Shown: piece after piece, positions 19,610 through 29,391 of the stretch
How the letters are laid out: each line of letters opens with the position of its first letter
How positions within the stretch are numbered: the stretch's first letter is position 1
Virus record (IMG/VR): IMGVR_UViG_3300012988_000001
Coordinates: 124,001-188,000 of that record
Reading direction: 5' to 3' (one strand)
DNA: 64,000 bases
Notes under the pieces: model-generated
Told to the model about the DNA's origin: nothing
Seen by the model: only the letters and a program-made list of their open reading frames with translations
The model's database searches: none
Position numbers and translations under genes: made by a program

Positions 19610-20197
19610 ATGACAATAGATGATTTGGCAAGTGTTCTTGCCGAATTCCAAAATGTCTGTTATAGTGGCGGGGCAGCAGGTGCTGACCGCCTTTTTGGTT
19701 TGTGGGCTTCCGCAAATGGTCAAGATGAAATTCATCTTTCATTCAAGAAGCACAAACACCATGTAAATGACGAGACAGTACTGGAATTACCACAAAGTAT
19801 CCTATCTGACGAGTCAGTACAGGACAAACTTAACAAAGCAAATTTATCACTACAACGTAAAGTCCCAGAAGTTGGTTCCTACGTTTATAACTTACTTGCA
19901 CGTAATGCATTTCAAGTTATAGTAACTGAACGTGTGTATGCATTAGCAAAAATTGTAGCTCCAGACCAGATTGATGGTGGAACTGCTTGGGCTACACAAA
20001 TGTTCATAGATGCTCGTGTTGCTCCAGAGATTTATGTTTATAACCTATTGGATAATAAACCATACATCTATGATTACATCACGGGTACTTATAAAGAGGT
20101 CAGTACTGTGCCAACTCCACACGGTAAATGGACGGGGATTGGTTCACGTTCTGCTACTAAAATTGATATGGATAGTTTTACTACATATTTCAAGTGA
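19610..20197 (+). CDS. SLOG/DprA-like nucleotide-binding protein
   Basis: SGGAAGAD, LLARN, GGTAWA, GIGSR motifs. Confidence 0.7.
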   Translation: MTIDDLASVLAEFQNVCYSGGAAGADRLFGLWASANGQDEIHLSFKKHKHHVNDETVLELPQSILSDESVQDKLNKANLSLQRKVPEVGSYVYNLLARNAFQVIVTERVYALAKIVAPDQIDGGTAWATQMFIDARVAPEIYVYNLLDNKPYIYDYITGTYKEVSTVPTPHGKWTGIGSRSATKIDMDSFTTYFK

Positions 20198-20204
20198 GGT
20201 TGTT

Positions 20205-20555
20205 ATGTCCGGGAACACCGAAGACTACGACAGTGGTTATGAAGAAGGGTATGATGCTGGAAGAGAAGCAACATACGACGAAGCCTATAAAGATGGCGAA
20301 CAATATGGCTACAAGGATGGTCATGAAGCTGGTATGATTACTGGCAAAGAAGAAGGTTATGAATCAGGCAAAGAAGAAGGTGACAAAGCAGCAAGGGAAG
20401 AACTTGGAAATGTTATTGATAACTTACAACAAGAACTCTACAACTACCGTGCAATGATTCGAACCATGAAAGAACAAATAAAAGATCTAAGGATAGAGAA
20501 TGCAACAATTACACGAACTATATCAAAAAGTACTAGAGAAAGGAACTTACAGTGA
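20205..20555 (+). CDS. GxxxG-repeat (FliH/Yae1-like) coiled-coil protein
   Basis: GYEEGYDAG...GKEEGYESGKEEG; start moved to ATG 20205 (GAGG SD). Confidence 0.7.
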   Translation: MSGNTEDYDSGYEEGYDAGREATYDEAYKDGEQYGYKDGHEAGMITGKEEGYESGKEEGDKAAREELGNVIDNLQQELYNYRAMIRTMKEQIKDLRIENATITRTISKSTRERNLQ

Positions 20556-21432
20556 TGATCGCACTGGTACTGGAACAATTAAACTAATTGGTCAGCAGAT
20601 GCGTTTTGATCTTAAAGAAGGTTTTCCTGCTACCACAACCAAACGTCTAGCTTGGAAAGCTATGTCTTCTGAACTACTATGGTTCCTCGAAGGTTCACAA
20701 GACGAGCGTCGTTTGTGTGAAATACTTTACGGTACTCGTGATGAAGCTAAACGTACGATTTGGACTGATAACTACGAAAACCAAGGAAAAGCACTAGGCT
20801 ATACTTGTGGTAAATTAGGACCAGTATACGGAAAGCAATGGCGGGAATGGGACGATGTGGTAATTCTTCCGGGGATTTATTCTGAAGTTGTCAAACACAC
20901 CGAACTAGGGTACAATCTAGTTGAACGTACTGAAAGTGGTATGTATATCATGAAACGTCAAATTGACCAAATAGCGTGTCTAATTGATGGGTTGAAAAAT
21001 AACCCAAATGATCGCCGCCATATTCTATCTGCATGGAACGTGGGTGATCTAGATAAGATGGCTCTACCACCTTGTCATAGTTTCTCTCAGTTCTTCGTAG
21101 TGGACGGCAAACTTTCCTGTACTCTATATCAACGTAGTGCAGATTTATTCCTAGGTGTTCCATTTAACATTGCTAGTTACTCTCTACTAACTCATATGTT
21201 AGCACAGGTTTGTGGACTAGATGTAGGTGAATTTATTTGGATTGGTGGTGATTGTCACATCTACCAAAACCACGTAGAACAAGTTAAAGAGCAACTAGCT
21301 CGCACCCCAAAAGAGTTACCAACTCTTTACATTGACAAATCAATTACTGACATTGATTGCTTTACTATGGATTCGTTCAAACTAGAGAACTATAATCCAG
21401 ATGCAACTATTAAAGCACCAATGGCAATCTAA
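20500..21432 (+). CDS. thyA: Thymidylate synthase
   Basis: DRTGTGT, ELLWFL, LGPVYGKQWR, MALPPCH, YQRSADLFLGVPFNIASY, GDCHIY. Confidence 0.98.
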   Translation: MQQLHELYQKVLEKGTYSDDRTGTGTIKLIGQQMRFDLKEGFPATTTKRLAWKAMSSELLWFLEGSQDERRLCEILYGTRDEAKRTIWTDNYENQGKALGYTCGKLGPVYGKQWREWDDVVILPGIYSEVVKHTELGYNLVERTESGMYIMKRQIDQIACLIDGLKNNPNDRRHILSAWNVGDLDKMALPPCHSFSQFFVVDGKLSCTLYQRSADLFLGVPFNIASYSLLTHMLAQVCGLDVGEFIWIGGDCHIYQNHVEQVKEQLARTPKELPTLYIDKSITDIDCFTMDSFKLENYNPDATIKAPMAI

Positions 21433-21439
21433 AAAAAAG

Positions 21440-21465
21440 AAAAGGAGCCTTTGGCTCCTTTTTTT
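21440..21465. terminator. Bidirectional terminator
   Basis: AAAAGGAGCC-TTT-GGCTCCTTTT between convergent genes. Confidence 0.9.
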
Positions 21466-21466
21466 G

Positions 21467-23389
21467 TTATCTATATGTGATAATTAGACGACCAGCGAAA
21501 CGCCAATCTGGACTAGCTGGAATAGAAACTACTGCGTTAGTCGCAGACATAATAATACTGTCAACTTCAACTTTTGAGTAGTTTGAACCAATCAATTCCT
21601 GTACTTCAATACTTTGTATGTTTGCACTCGAAACAGTGATTGAATAATTTGAACCACTAAGTACCCATGAACTAACGGTAAATGCTTGTTCAACTCCACC
21701 ACCACTTACGGTAGTCCATTGACCATTTGCTTTTTGCATAACAGTATTACGTTGAGTACTGTAAGCAATCATACCATCTTCACCAACTGCGTTGTCAATT
21801 GGATTTAGAATAGGCAATTTAACACCATAACGGTTAAATTTGGTTCGAACAGTAGCACCATCATTAATTGTCATATCACCGAAAGCACCCATATTAAACT
21901 GTAGGTTTCCAGTATTTTGAACAATTGATGTTGGGGTTGTTGCATGTTCTAACGTTACAATCCCTGCTGGCATAAGATTCAAGTTTTTGAATCTATTTGA
22001 TGTACCATTAAATGTGGTATTAGCCTGTAAAGTACTAGTAGCATTCACGGTTAATGTATCAGTTGATGCATTACCAATAATTGTGTTTCCATCAATATTA
22101 GTATTTCCAGCAACACTTAGGTTTTGAGAAATACTCAATGAACCAGTGAGTGCAGATACACCATCTTTTAATTCAAAAATAACTTTACCTTTTAAAGCAA
22201 AGGTCATCACATCATTAATTGCTGATATCCCCGGATTTGCAACCGTGTTACCTGCTCCTTGGAATTGTATTGCCGAGTTATTTAAAAGGTTAATATTACC
22301 AGCTTGTATTACTAACAAACCAATTGGTGTAATTCTAATCTTTTCAACACCAGCAGAGCTAAAGCCAATATTACCATTAGATGGGTGATATATCCCGGTT
22401 TGCGGGTCAGTCCATTGAGATGGAACCATCCCACTGTTTAGATCAGGGTCACTAGAACCGTCATTAAACGCAAGGGAAGGGGCTGTAGCCGTTCCGTATG
22501 TTATGGCTAACCTACCTGCACCTGCGGTCCCATCGTTCGTCATGGAGTCGCCTGTGCGTCGTAGGCCGTATATCGAGAGGTTATCAATAGCCCCTTGTGC
22601 AGTACTGTTGTTCGTTACAAACTGACGCTTGACACTTTGTATGACCGAAGTATCATACATAACCGAAGAGGCTAAAATACTAACTCGACTTTGGCGAACA
22701 CGCTGAATAGCCGTAGCAGTCATGATTACCCAATCTGAATCAGATAAACCAACTTCTATACTAGGGTTATTTGTGTTTGTAAAAGCAGCCGTTAAATCCG
22801 TGTTTCCCGATGCTAGTTGTGTTAATCCCGGATGACCAGATGGAATTGTATTAAATCGTGCAAATGCATTAATTACAATGGTATTAGTTCCAGTACTTGG
22901 ATCTTTACCAATATAATATTTTATTTGTGACCATGAACTTCCAGACGGGTTGAAGATTACGAATGGGTTTGAAGTTGGGTTCGCGGCTAAGTGTGTTGCT
23001 GCTGCATCCTGAATGCCCCTAACAAGATAGTACTGACCAGCATTAGCTGAAGATGCTGCTGGTAATACAACAGCAGTAAATGGTGGGTCGATATCATCTT
23101 TAATTGGGTCGAATGTTCCAACATATTTCAAACCACTAGTTATCGAATCTGGTAACTGTGATGTGAGTAATCGTCCATTGGAGTCTAACTGTGCAAAGCG
23201 GCGATATGCTACGGAACCATCATCGAAGTCGATAACACCCTCAAATGCTTTCCATGCCGTGTTATAACGAAACATACCATTACGGACCGCATCAGTTGTT
23301 GTTTTTGAAGGAGCTTTAGGCATTTCAAGATAGGCATTACTATCAATGATTACACCATTTTCTCCCTTAATTCTTTGTATACTTGTCAT
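21467..23389 (-). CDS. Tail fibre / fibre-associated virion protein
   Basis: GMFRYNT...FEG, APSLAF..D..TGIY...G.IGFS fibre motifs, beta-repeat segment; late promoter upstream. Confidence 0.75.
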   Translation of the reverse strand: MTSIQRIKGENGVIIDSNAYLEMPKAPSKTTTDAVRNGMFRYNTAWKAFEGVIDFDDGSVAYRRFAQLDSNGRLLTSQLPDSITSGLKYVGTFDPIKDDIDPPFTAVVLPAASSANAGQYYLVRGIQDAAATHLAANPTSNPFVIFNPSGSSWSQIKYYIGKDPSTGTNTIVINAFARFNTIPSGHPGLTQLASGNTDLTAAFTNTNNPSIEVGLSDSDWVIMTATAIQRVRQSRVSILASSVMYDTSVIQSVKRQFVTNNSTAQGAIDNLSIYGLRRTGDSMTNDGTAGAGRLAITYGTATAPSLAFNDGSSDPDLNSGMVPSQWTDPQTGIYHPSNGNIGFSSAGVEKIRITPIGLLVIQAGNINLLNNSAIQFQGAGNTVANPGISAINDVMTFALKGKVIFELKDGVSALTGSLSISQNLSVAGNTNIDGNTIIGNASTDTLTVNATSTLQANTTFNGTSNRFKNLNLMPAGIVTLEHATTPTSIVQNTGNLQFNMGAFGDMTINDGATVRTKFNRYGVKLPILNPIDNAVGEDGMIAYSTQRNTVMQKANGQWTTVSGGGVEQAFTVSSWVLSGSNYSITVSSANIQSIEVQELIGSNYSKVEVDSIIMSATNAVVSIPASPDWRFAGRLIITYR

Positions 23390-23421
23390 TAAAAATTCCT
23401 CAGAATATGCTCATATATCAT

Positions 23422-23427
23422 TATTTA
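23422..23427 (-). promoter_or_regulatory. Late promoter TAAATA
   Basis: 32 nt upstream of ATG 23389. Confidence 0.65.
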
Positions 23428-23441
23428 CTTAAAATGGCAAT

Positions 23442-23468
23442 AAAAAAGGCTGCGTAGTGCAGCCTTTT
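23442..23468 (-). terminator. Rho-independent terminator
   Basis: AAAAGGCTGC/GCAGCCTTTT stem with A/T runs. Confidence 0.85.
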
Positions 23469-23472
23469 GTTT

Positions 23473-24105
23473 TTATAGTTCTTGATCGCCCCATTTAGAA
23501 GCCAAACGAATATCTTCGTAAGTTTCAGCAGCATCAATTGCTGTAATGATTTGAGCTTCAGTGTCAAATAGACCATCACGGTATAATGCGATTTCTAGAT
23601 AAAGTGCTTTAACTTCAGCAGCCGATAGTTGAATATCTTCACCACTCGGAATACGAATAGAAACACTTTGAATAGATGAGTCTAGCAACACTTCTAGTAC
23701 TAAACCTTGTAGTTCAAGGCGACCTTCAGAAGATAAATCATAATCTTTACCATCTTTAGTATAAGAACTCTGTGCTAGCTGTGAACGATAACCGCGTACA
23801 CGGTTTTTCATTTCTTCACGTATAATAGCAAGATCCATACGTTTATATGTGTAAGTATTGGTTACAACACAATTAACAGCATCCATTACGGTTGTTTTAT
23901 TGTCGAATTCCATGAATTCACCAGTACCCACGTAGATATCATTCAATTCCCAGAAACCGTGTTCTAGACGCCCTGCGGCGTCTAGATAGATTAGGTTCCC
24001 GATAGTCCACCCAGTGAGTGGACTAACTTGATTGATATTAGATGTTAGATATTTGAATACTTCCCATTCATCTTGATCGTTTTTCTTTACTGATACAAAA
24101 GCCAT
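23473..24105 (-). CDS. Tail fibre-associated protein / assembly chaperone (DUF4376-like)
   Basis: Directly downstream of the long fibre; C-terminal ...LSAAEVKAL...IDAAETYEDI..W pattern. Confidence 0.6.
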   Translation of the reverse strand: MAFVSVKKNDQDEWEVFKYLTSNINQVSPLTGWTIGNLIYLDAAGRLEHGFWELNDIYVGTGEFMEFDNKTTVMDAVNCVVTNTYTYKRMDLAIIREEMKNRVRGYRSQLAQSSYTKDGKDYDLSSEGRLELQGLVLEVLLDSSIQSVSIRIPSGEDIQLSAAEVKALYLEIALYRDGLFDTEAQIITAIDAAETYEDIRLASKWGDQEL

Positions 24106-24125
24106 TTGCTTTTCTCCTTAGTTAA

Positions 24126-27100
24126 TTATAGGTTACGTTGTGCAATGAATACGTCAACGATGCTTCCAACACCACAGTATACTACTTGGCAGATTGAAAC
24201 AGAGTTTGCAGCAGTGTTAACAATGCTATCACCAATTTGTGACATGCTGGTATCCCAGTTAACAGTTTTACCACCAGTTGAGTCCTGTGTAATATAAATG
24301 AACCATGAAGCGGCTTTACCAGCTACAATTGGTAGTGGAGCAATGTTAACTGCACCAGCAGCACCAGTTAAGGTTAGATTGTAAACGTTAGAAGAACCAT
24401 CAGAAGTCCATGTAGTACCACTTGCAACTGAAGCAGAAGTAGCAGGAATAACTTCATATTTCTGAGTAGAAATAGAGGTAGTAGTTAAACTTGCAATATC
24501 AGCACTGAATGTACCAGTAACTGTTAGATCGTTAGCAGTAATTAGACCAGTACTTGTTAAGTTGGCAGTAGTAACTAAACCAGTGAATCCTGAAGTACCA
24601 GTAACAGATAGACTAGAAACGGTAGTACCAGCAAGAGTTGTTGCACCAGTTACACCTAGGGTTCCACCTAGTGTTGTATTACCAGATACACCTAGGGTAG
24701 TAGTTACTGAAGCACTGTTTAGTGTTGCTAAACCTGAAGTACTTAGAGTACCAGTAATTGCATGGTTACCAGAGTTAACTACACCAAGAGTTGTAGTACC
24801 AGTTACACCTAGAGTTCCACCAACAGTCGCGTTAGTACCGATAGATGCACCAGCAGTCGTAGTTACAGACTTAAATGTTACATCAGAGGTTGTTTGATCA
24901 AGTGTACCAATGATTAGACCTTGAACTGTGAAGTCACCAGTACAAACAGTGTTACCATTGATTTGTAGGTTATTGTTAGTTGAACCGTTTGCACCAATGA
25001 TCGCAGATGCCATTGTCGATTGACCTGTTACACCTAGTGTTGTACCTACAGTGATACTTTGTGATGTAGTAATAGAACGTGGAGCAATATCACGACCAGT
25101 TAGGTTGATTGCTGCGTTAATAGTACCATCAACATCTAGATCACCAGAAATATGAGTGCTTCCACCAATTTCAGCGATATAGGTTGCTTCATCCCAAGAT
25201 AGAGAACCAACATGTAGTTGAGTTGCACTTGTTTTCTTGAAGGATGCAGTAGTAGTTGCAGCACCGTTTTGTTCAATGTTACCAGCAGTTACTGTTAGGT
25301 TACCAGCAGTTACGGTTGCACCGTTATCAGCAGTTACAGAACCAAATTTACCAACACCAGAGCCAGTTACGTTTGTTGCATTTACACCAGCAAGAGTACT
25401 TAAACCAGTTACGTTTAAAGTAGTTCCTACAGTTAGAGCAGTTCCTACATCAACACCAGCAGCAGTAGTTACACTATTTGCTTCGATATCTGCACCAGAT
25501 AGGTCTAGACCACCAGAAGGAGTGAATGTACCAGTTACGGTTACATTGTTAGCAAATGTAGTATTACCAGTGATATTAGGTACAGTTAGAGTAGTCGCAG
25601 TTAGGCCAGCAACAGTAGTCGCACCAGTTACACCTAAAGTTCCACCAATAGTGGTATTACCAGAAATTTGTGGAGCACCAGTGATTACACCAGTAGTTAG
25701 AACTAGATTTGCACCGACAGTTGTATTACCAGTACTTGATAAAGATGCAGCACTTACGTTGGTTGCACTTAGATCAAATGTTCCAGCAACTGTTAAATCA
25801 CCACCAACATCAACATTACCTGTAGTAGATAGTGAAGCAGCGTTAATTGCAGTTCCAGTTAAGTCAATGCCACCAGCAGTTAATGTACCAGATACTGATA
25901 GGTCACCAGTAATCGCAGTACTTTTCGCAATTGCTACAGTAGCATTGGTAGAAGTAATGTTACCATCAAAGGTAGATATTCCAGAAACATTTAGAGTGCC
26001 AGCGAGATCGAGATCAGATGCACTAATATCAGTTGCAGTAACAGTACTTAATGTACTTGCACCAGTAACACCTAATGTCCCACTTGCAGTAATACTTGCA
26101 GCTTTTAATGTACCAGTTACGTTACCAGTTACTGCTAAGTTTCCACCTACAGTTACATTATCTGTAGTAGTTAGTGATTTTGCACTTACATCAACAGTAG
26201 ATAAATCTAGACCACCAGCAGGAGTAAATGTACCATTAACGGTCATATCTCCAGTTACGGTTGCAGTTCCACCAACAGTCAAGTTAGTTCCTACAGCAGT
26301 TGTACCAGTACTTGCTAATGTAGCACCTTGTACTGAAGTTACAGCAGCAACAGAGTTTGGAGCAATATCAAGACCATCTACGTTTGCTTCAGCAGTTACG
26401 CCAGTTGTAGTACCAGTTACTACTAGATCATGGATAGTTGTGGTTCCAGTACTTCCACCAAATGAGGTATTACCATCAACAGTTAGAGTTCCACCAATGT
26501 GAGCATTGTTAGTAACATCTAATGCAGTACCAGTTTTAGTAGTTGTAATTGCACCCGCAGTACTAATACCACTTACAATCAATGCATTACCACCTAAACC
26601 ACCAGCTACACCATTTACAGTTAAACCACCAGTAGTAGTTTCACCAGTTACGGTTAGGTCAGTGCCTACAGATACGGTAGTGGTAGATGCTACAGAATTT
26701 GGAGCAATATCTAAACCATCAACGTTTGCTTCAGCGGTTACACCAGTTGTAGTACCAGTTACAACCAAATCTTTAACAGTTGTAGTTTGTCCTTCTACGG
26801 TTACCGGACCATTGAATGTTGCACCACCAGTTACGTCTAGTCCATTACCAGCAGTCATTGTACCAGTTGTTGTGGTAACAGATGCACCAGTAATACCAGC
26901 AGCAGCCACAACCGAATTTGGAGTAATGTCTTGACCGGAAATATCAACGGTTAGACCAGTTACAACACCAGTGAAATCAACATCACCTAGGATAGATTTA
27001 CCAGTTACTTCTAATTGTGGTGTTGCAGTACCAATAGTACTGTTACCAGCAATTTTTAGGTAATCAATTGTTGCTTTACCAAGTGCATGTAGGCCGTCAG

Positions 27101-28403
27101 TTCCACCAACATCACCAATATCTGCACCTTTTGCAGTGAGACTATCAGCAATTAGTTCGCTAGTACTAACTTTATATGGTTCAATACTTGATTTAGTATC
27201 AGTTGGACGTGCACTATCACTATAATCGAATTGGATAATACCATGATTACCAGAAGTTCCATCAGCAACAGTGAAAGTACTAAATTTAGAAATTGATGAT
27301 GCTGCACCCGTAATATTACCACCTACAGAAACTGATTGTAGTGAACTTGCACCGCTTACAGTTAATGAGTTTACAGATAGATCATCAAAGGTCAATCCAG
27401 ATACTGCACCAGTGATTTCTAGATCACCAACAGTGGTTTTACCAGTGAATACTGAACGACCAGCAACTTGTAGTTGTGGTTGGTCACCAATAGTACTGTT
27501 ACCCGTAATGTTTAAGTAATCGATTGTTGCTCTACCGATTGCATGTAGACCTGAAGTTCCACCAACAACACCGATATTTGCTGAATCAGATTCAACGATT
27601 TTTGAATTGACAGTATTTGTACTTACTTGATATGGCTCAATACTTGATTTAATATCAGTTGGGCGAGCAGGATCGTTATATGCAAATTCTACAATTGCGT
27701 CAGAACCTAGCATGTTCATGCGATTTACGGCGACAGTACTTGAAGAACCAGTTACGTTTCCTAGTAGGGTAGTATTACCACTAATACTTACGTTATTAAG
27801 AGTACTTAATTGAGAAACGGTAAGATTTGTGAAGTTACCAGAGGCAATTGTATATGAACCTGATAATGTACCATTAATTTCAACATCACCAAATGTTGAT
27901 TTACCAGTTACATTTAGTGTGCCACCTAGAATAGATGCACCATTTACTTTAAGAGTATCAGTTTCTAAGTCTTTTAGTGTAGCTTTTGTACCAGCAGCCA
28001 TGTTTAGGTTGCCATTTAGTTGTGAAACACCCGCTACGGTTAGTGAATCAGCAGAAGTTGCTTTAAATGATGCTGTGCCAGCAGATTGTGTGATTGCACC
28101 ATTTAGTGTTACAGGAGCAGCAAATGTGCTCGTACCGTTTACTGTAACAGTATCAGTACTTGCATTACCTAGAGTCGTGTTCCCAGTTACTGCTACATCG
28201 TTTAATGATGCAGTTCCAGTAGAACTAATATTTGCTAGGTTAGCAGTTCCAGATACGGTAATCTGTGTAAACGTTGCATCAGCGAAAACAACAGTCCCGT
28301 CAACTTGAAGATTACCATTAACAACTGCGTTGCCTTTAACTAGTAAATCCTTGTTGATAGTCCCATTGCCTGAAACGCCTAGGTCAGTTTTAATAGAGTA
28401 CAT
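24126..28403 (-). CDS. Long tail fibre with Gly/Thr/Val beta-repeats
   Basis: Numerous GxLxVxG repeats, internal duplications, C-terminal ITQDSTGGKTVNW domain; GGAGGG SD. Confidence 0.85.
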   Translation of the reverse strand: MYSIKTDLGVSGNGTINKDLLVKGNAVVNGNLQVDGTVVFADATFTQITVSGTANLANISSTGTASLNDVAVTGNTTLGNASTDTVTVNGTSTFAAPVTLNGAITQSAGTASFKATSADSLTVAGVSQLNGNLNMAAGTKATLKDLETDTLKVNGASILGGTLNVTGKSTFGDVEINGTLSGSYTIASGNFTNLTVSQLSTLNNVSISGNTTLLGNVTGSSSTVAVNRMNMLGSDAIVEFAYNDPARPTDIKSSIEPYQVSTNTVNSKIVESDSANIGVVGGTSGLHAIGRATIDYLNITGNSTIGDQPQLQVAGRSVFTGKTTVGDLEITGAVSGLTFDDLSVNSLTVSGASSLQSVSVGGNITGAASSISKFSTFTVADGTSGNHGIIQFDYSDSARPTDTKSSIEPYKVSTSELIADSLTAKGADIGDVGGTDGLHALGKATIDYLKIAGNSTIGTATPQLEVTGKSILGDVDFTGVVTGLTVDISGQDITPNSVVAAAGITGASVTTTTGTMTAGNGLDVTGGATFNGPVTVEGQTTTVKDLVVTGTTTGVTAEANVDGLDIAPNSVASTTTVSVGTDLTVTGETTTGGLTVNGVAGGLGGNALIVSGISTAGAITTTKTGTALDVTNNAHIGGTLTVDGNTSFGGSTGTTTIHDLVVTGTTTGVTAEANVDGLDIAPNSVAAVTSVQGATLASTGTTAVGTNLTVGGTATVTGDMTVNGTFTPAGGLDLSTVDVSAKSLTTTDNVTVGGNLAVTGNVTGTLKAASITASGTLGVTGASTLSTVTATDISASDLDLAGTLNVSGISTFDGNITSTNATVAIAKSTAITGDLSVSGTLTAGGIDLTGTAINAASLSTTGNVDVGGDLTVAGTFDLSATNVSAASLSSTGNTTVGANLVLTTGVITGAPQISGNTTIGGTLGVTGATTVAGLTATTLTVPNITGNTTFANNVTVTGTFTPSGGLDLSGADIEANSVTTAAGVDVGTALTVGTTLNVTGLSTLAGVNATNVTGSGVGKFGSVTADNGATVTAGNLTVTAGNIEQNGAATTTASFKKTSATQLHVGSLSWDEATYIAEIGGSTHISGDLDVDGTINAAINLTGRDIAPRSITTSQSITVGTTLGVTGQSTMASAIIGANGSTNNNLQINGNTVCTGDFTVQGLIIGTLDQTTSDVTFKSVTTTAGASIGTNATVGGTLGVTGTTTLGVVNSGNHAITGTLSTSGLATLNSASVTTTLGVSGNTTLGGTLGVTGATTLAGTTVSSLSVTGTSGFTGLVTTANLTSTGLITANDLTVTGTFSADIASLTTTSISTQKYEVIPATSASVASGTTWTSDGSSNVYNLTLTGAAGAVNIAPLPIVAGKAASWFIYITQDSTGGKTVNWDTSMSQIGDSIVNTAANSVSICQVVYCGVGSIVDVFIAQRNL
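26356..26762. repeat. 65-bp near-identical direct repeat in the fibre gene (26356-26420 / 26698-26762)
   Basis: Encodes VTGTTTGVTAEANVDGLDIAP twice, offset 342 bp. Confidence 0.85.
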
Positions 28404-28445
28404 GAAATCCCTCCGTTGGAATTGTTGAACTATTATTGTTATGTG

Positions 28446-28451
28446 TATTTA
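28446..28451 (-). promoter_or_regulatory. Late promoter TAAATA
   Basis: 42 nt upstream of ATG 28403. Confidence 0.65.
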
Positions 28452-28467
28452 TTACATGAAAGATAAA

Positions 28468-28500
28468 ATAATCCAGAACACACTACATGTTCTGGATTAT
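28468..28500 (-). terminator. Hairpin / probable terminator
   Basis: ATAATCCAGAACA/TGTTCTGGATTAT 13-bp stem between fibre genes. Confidence 0.75.
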
Positions 28501-28502
28501 TA

Positions 28503-29381
28503 TTATTTGCCACTTATTACAATTTTACCGCTGAGAGGGGCATAAGTTCTAAATGTCACGTTACCGGAACCATCAATAATACTATCAGTGGAGATTAGTG
28601 TATAAGGAGCAACACTAGTTGCACCATCTACTACGTTCTCATAAATTGCAATATATAATGGACCAGCAGCTTGGTTGTGCGTTGTTGCAGGAATAGTAAG
28701 TACATACATATCTCCGCTTAGTACCCATTGAGCTTTATTAACAGGTGCACTGTAAGGTGTTGTCATGGTTGTTTCCCCTATAAGTTTAATGATATAGTAT
28801 TCAGATGGTTGGTCTAATACTCTTAGTGTAATATTACCGATATTATCTAGTAATACTTCAGGCTGTACACTATTGCCAGTTGCGTCCTGAACTTGCACTA
28901 GTACTCCAGCACCACGATTATGAATACTCTCCTGTAAAGTATATACATACATTCCACTAGCACTAACAAAATCGTTTGGCTGAACAATAAATGATGTTAC
29001 ATAATCTGAATCTGTAGGTGGTACTGGATTATTGAAAGGTTTCCACACTCCAGCATCTTTGATGAAAATATCAACGATGTTGGTGTCATCTACTTGGAAA
29101 TAAACGTTTCCATCTTCCCCAGTGCTTTGGTCTGGAACTGTAGTTCCTTTAAGAATGGTTCCACCACCACTTCCACCACCACCGTGAGTATTGAAGTATG
29201 CTAAAGTTACTACATGCGATTGTTCTACTGGGTCAGCAGCACTAATCGGAATTAGTTTTGTTCCTTTGTAATCCTGAGCAGCGATTGCTTCTTCACCCGG
29301 AAGGTAAGAAATTCGACCTCCATTTTTACCAAGGACGAAGGTAGGTTTCATTGTACCTTCAAAATTTGAAAATATAGCCAT
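28503..29381 (-). CDS. Virion/fibre protein with two C-terminal beta-sandwich-like repeats
   Basis: AGGAG SD; GEDGNVYFQ knob motif; W/F-V-x-x-G-x-Y-x-x-T...HN repeat twice. Confidence 0.75.
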   Translation of the reverse strand: MAIFSNFEGTMKPTFVLGKNGGRISYLPGEEAIAAQDYKGTKLIPISAADPVEQSHVVTLAYFNTHGGGGSGGGTILKGTTVPDQSTGEDGNVYFQVDDTNIVDIFIKDAGVWKPFNNPVPPTDSDYVTSFIVQPNDFVSASGMYVYTLQESIHNRGAGVLVQVQDATGNSVQPEVLLDNIGNITLRVLDQPSEYYIIKLIGETTMTTPYSAPVNKAQWVLSGDMYVLTIPATTHNQAAGPLYIAIYENVVDGATSVAPYTLISTDSIIDGSGNVTFRTYAPLSGKIVISGK

Positions 29382-29391
29382 AATAGTCTCC

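Noticed and set aside
20500-21432. Intron or intein in thyA (longer than E. coli ThyA)
   Set aside because: The ORF is continuous, the insertions are short, and there are no splicing motifs or homing endonuclease.
24562-28308. Long plus-strand ORFs (e.g. 25237..26502, 421 aa) opposite the fibre gene
   Set aside because: Antisense shadows of a Gly/Thr/Val-rich gene with biased codons; no SD or promoter, and V/P/T-only composition.
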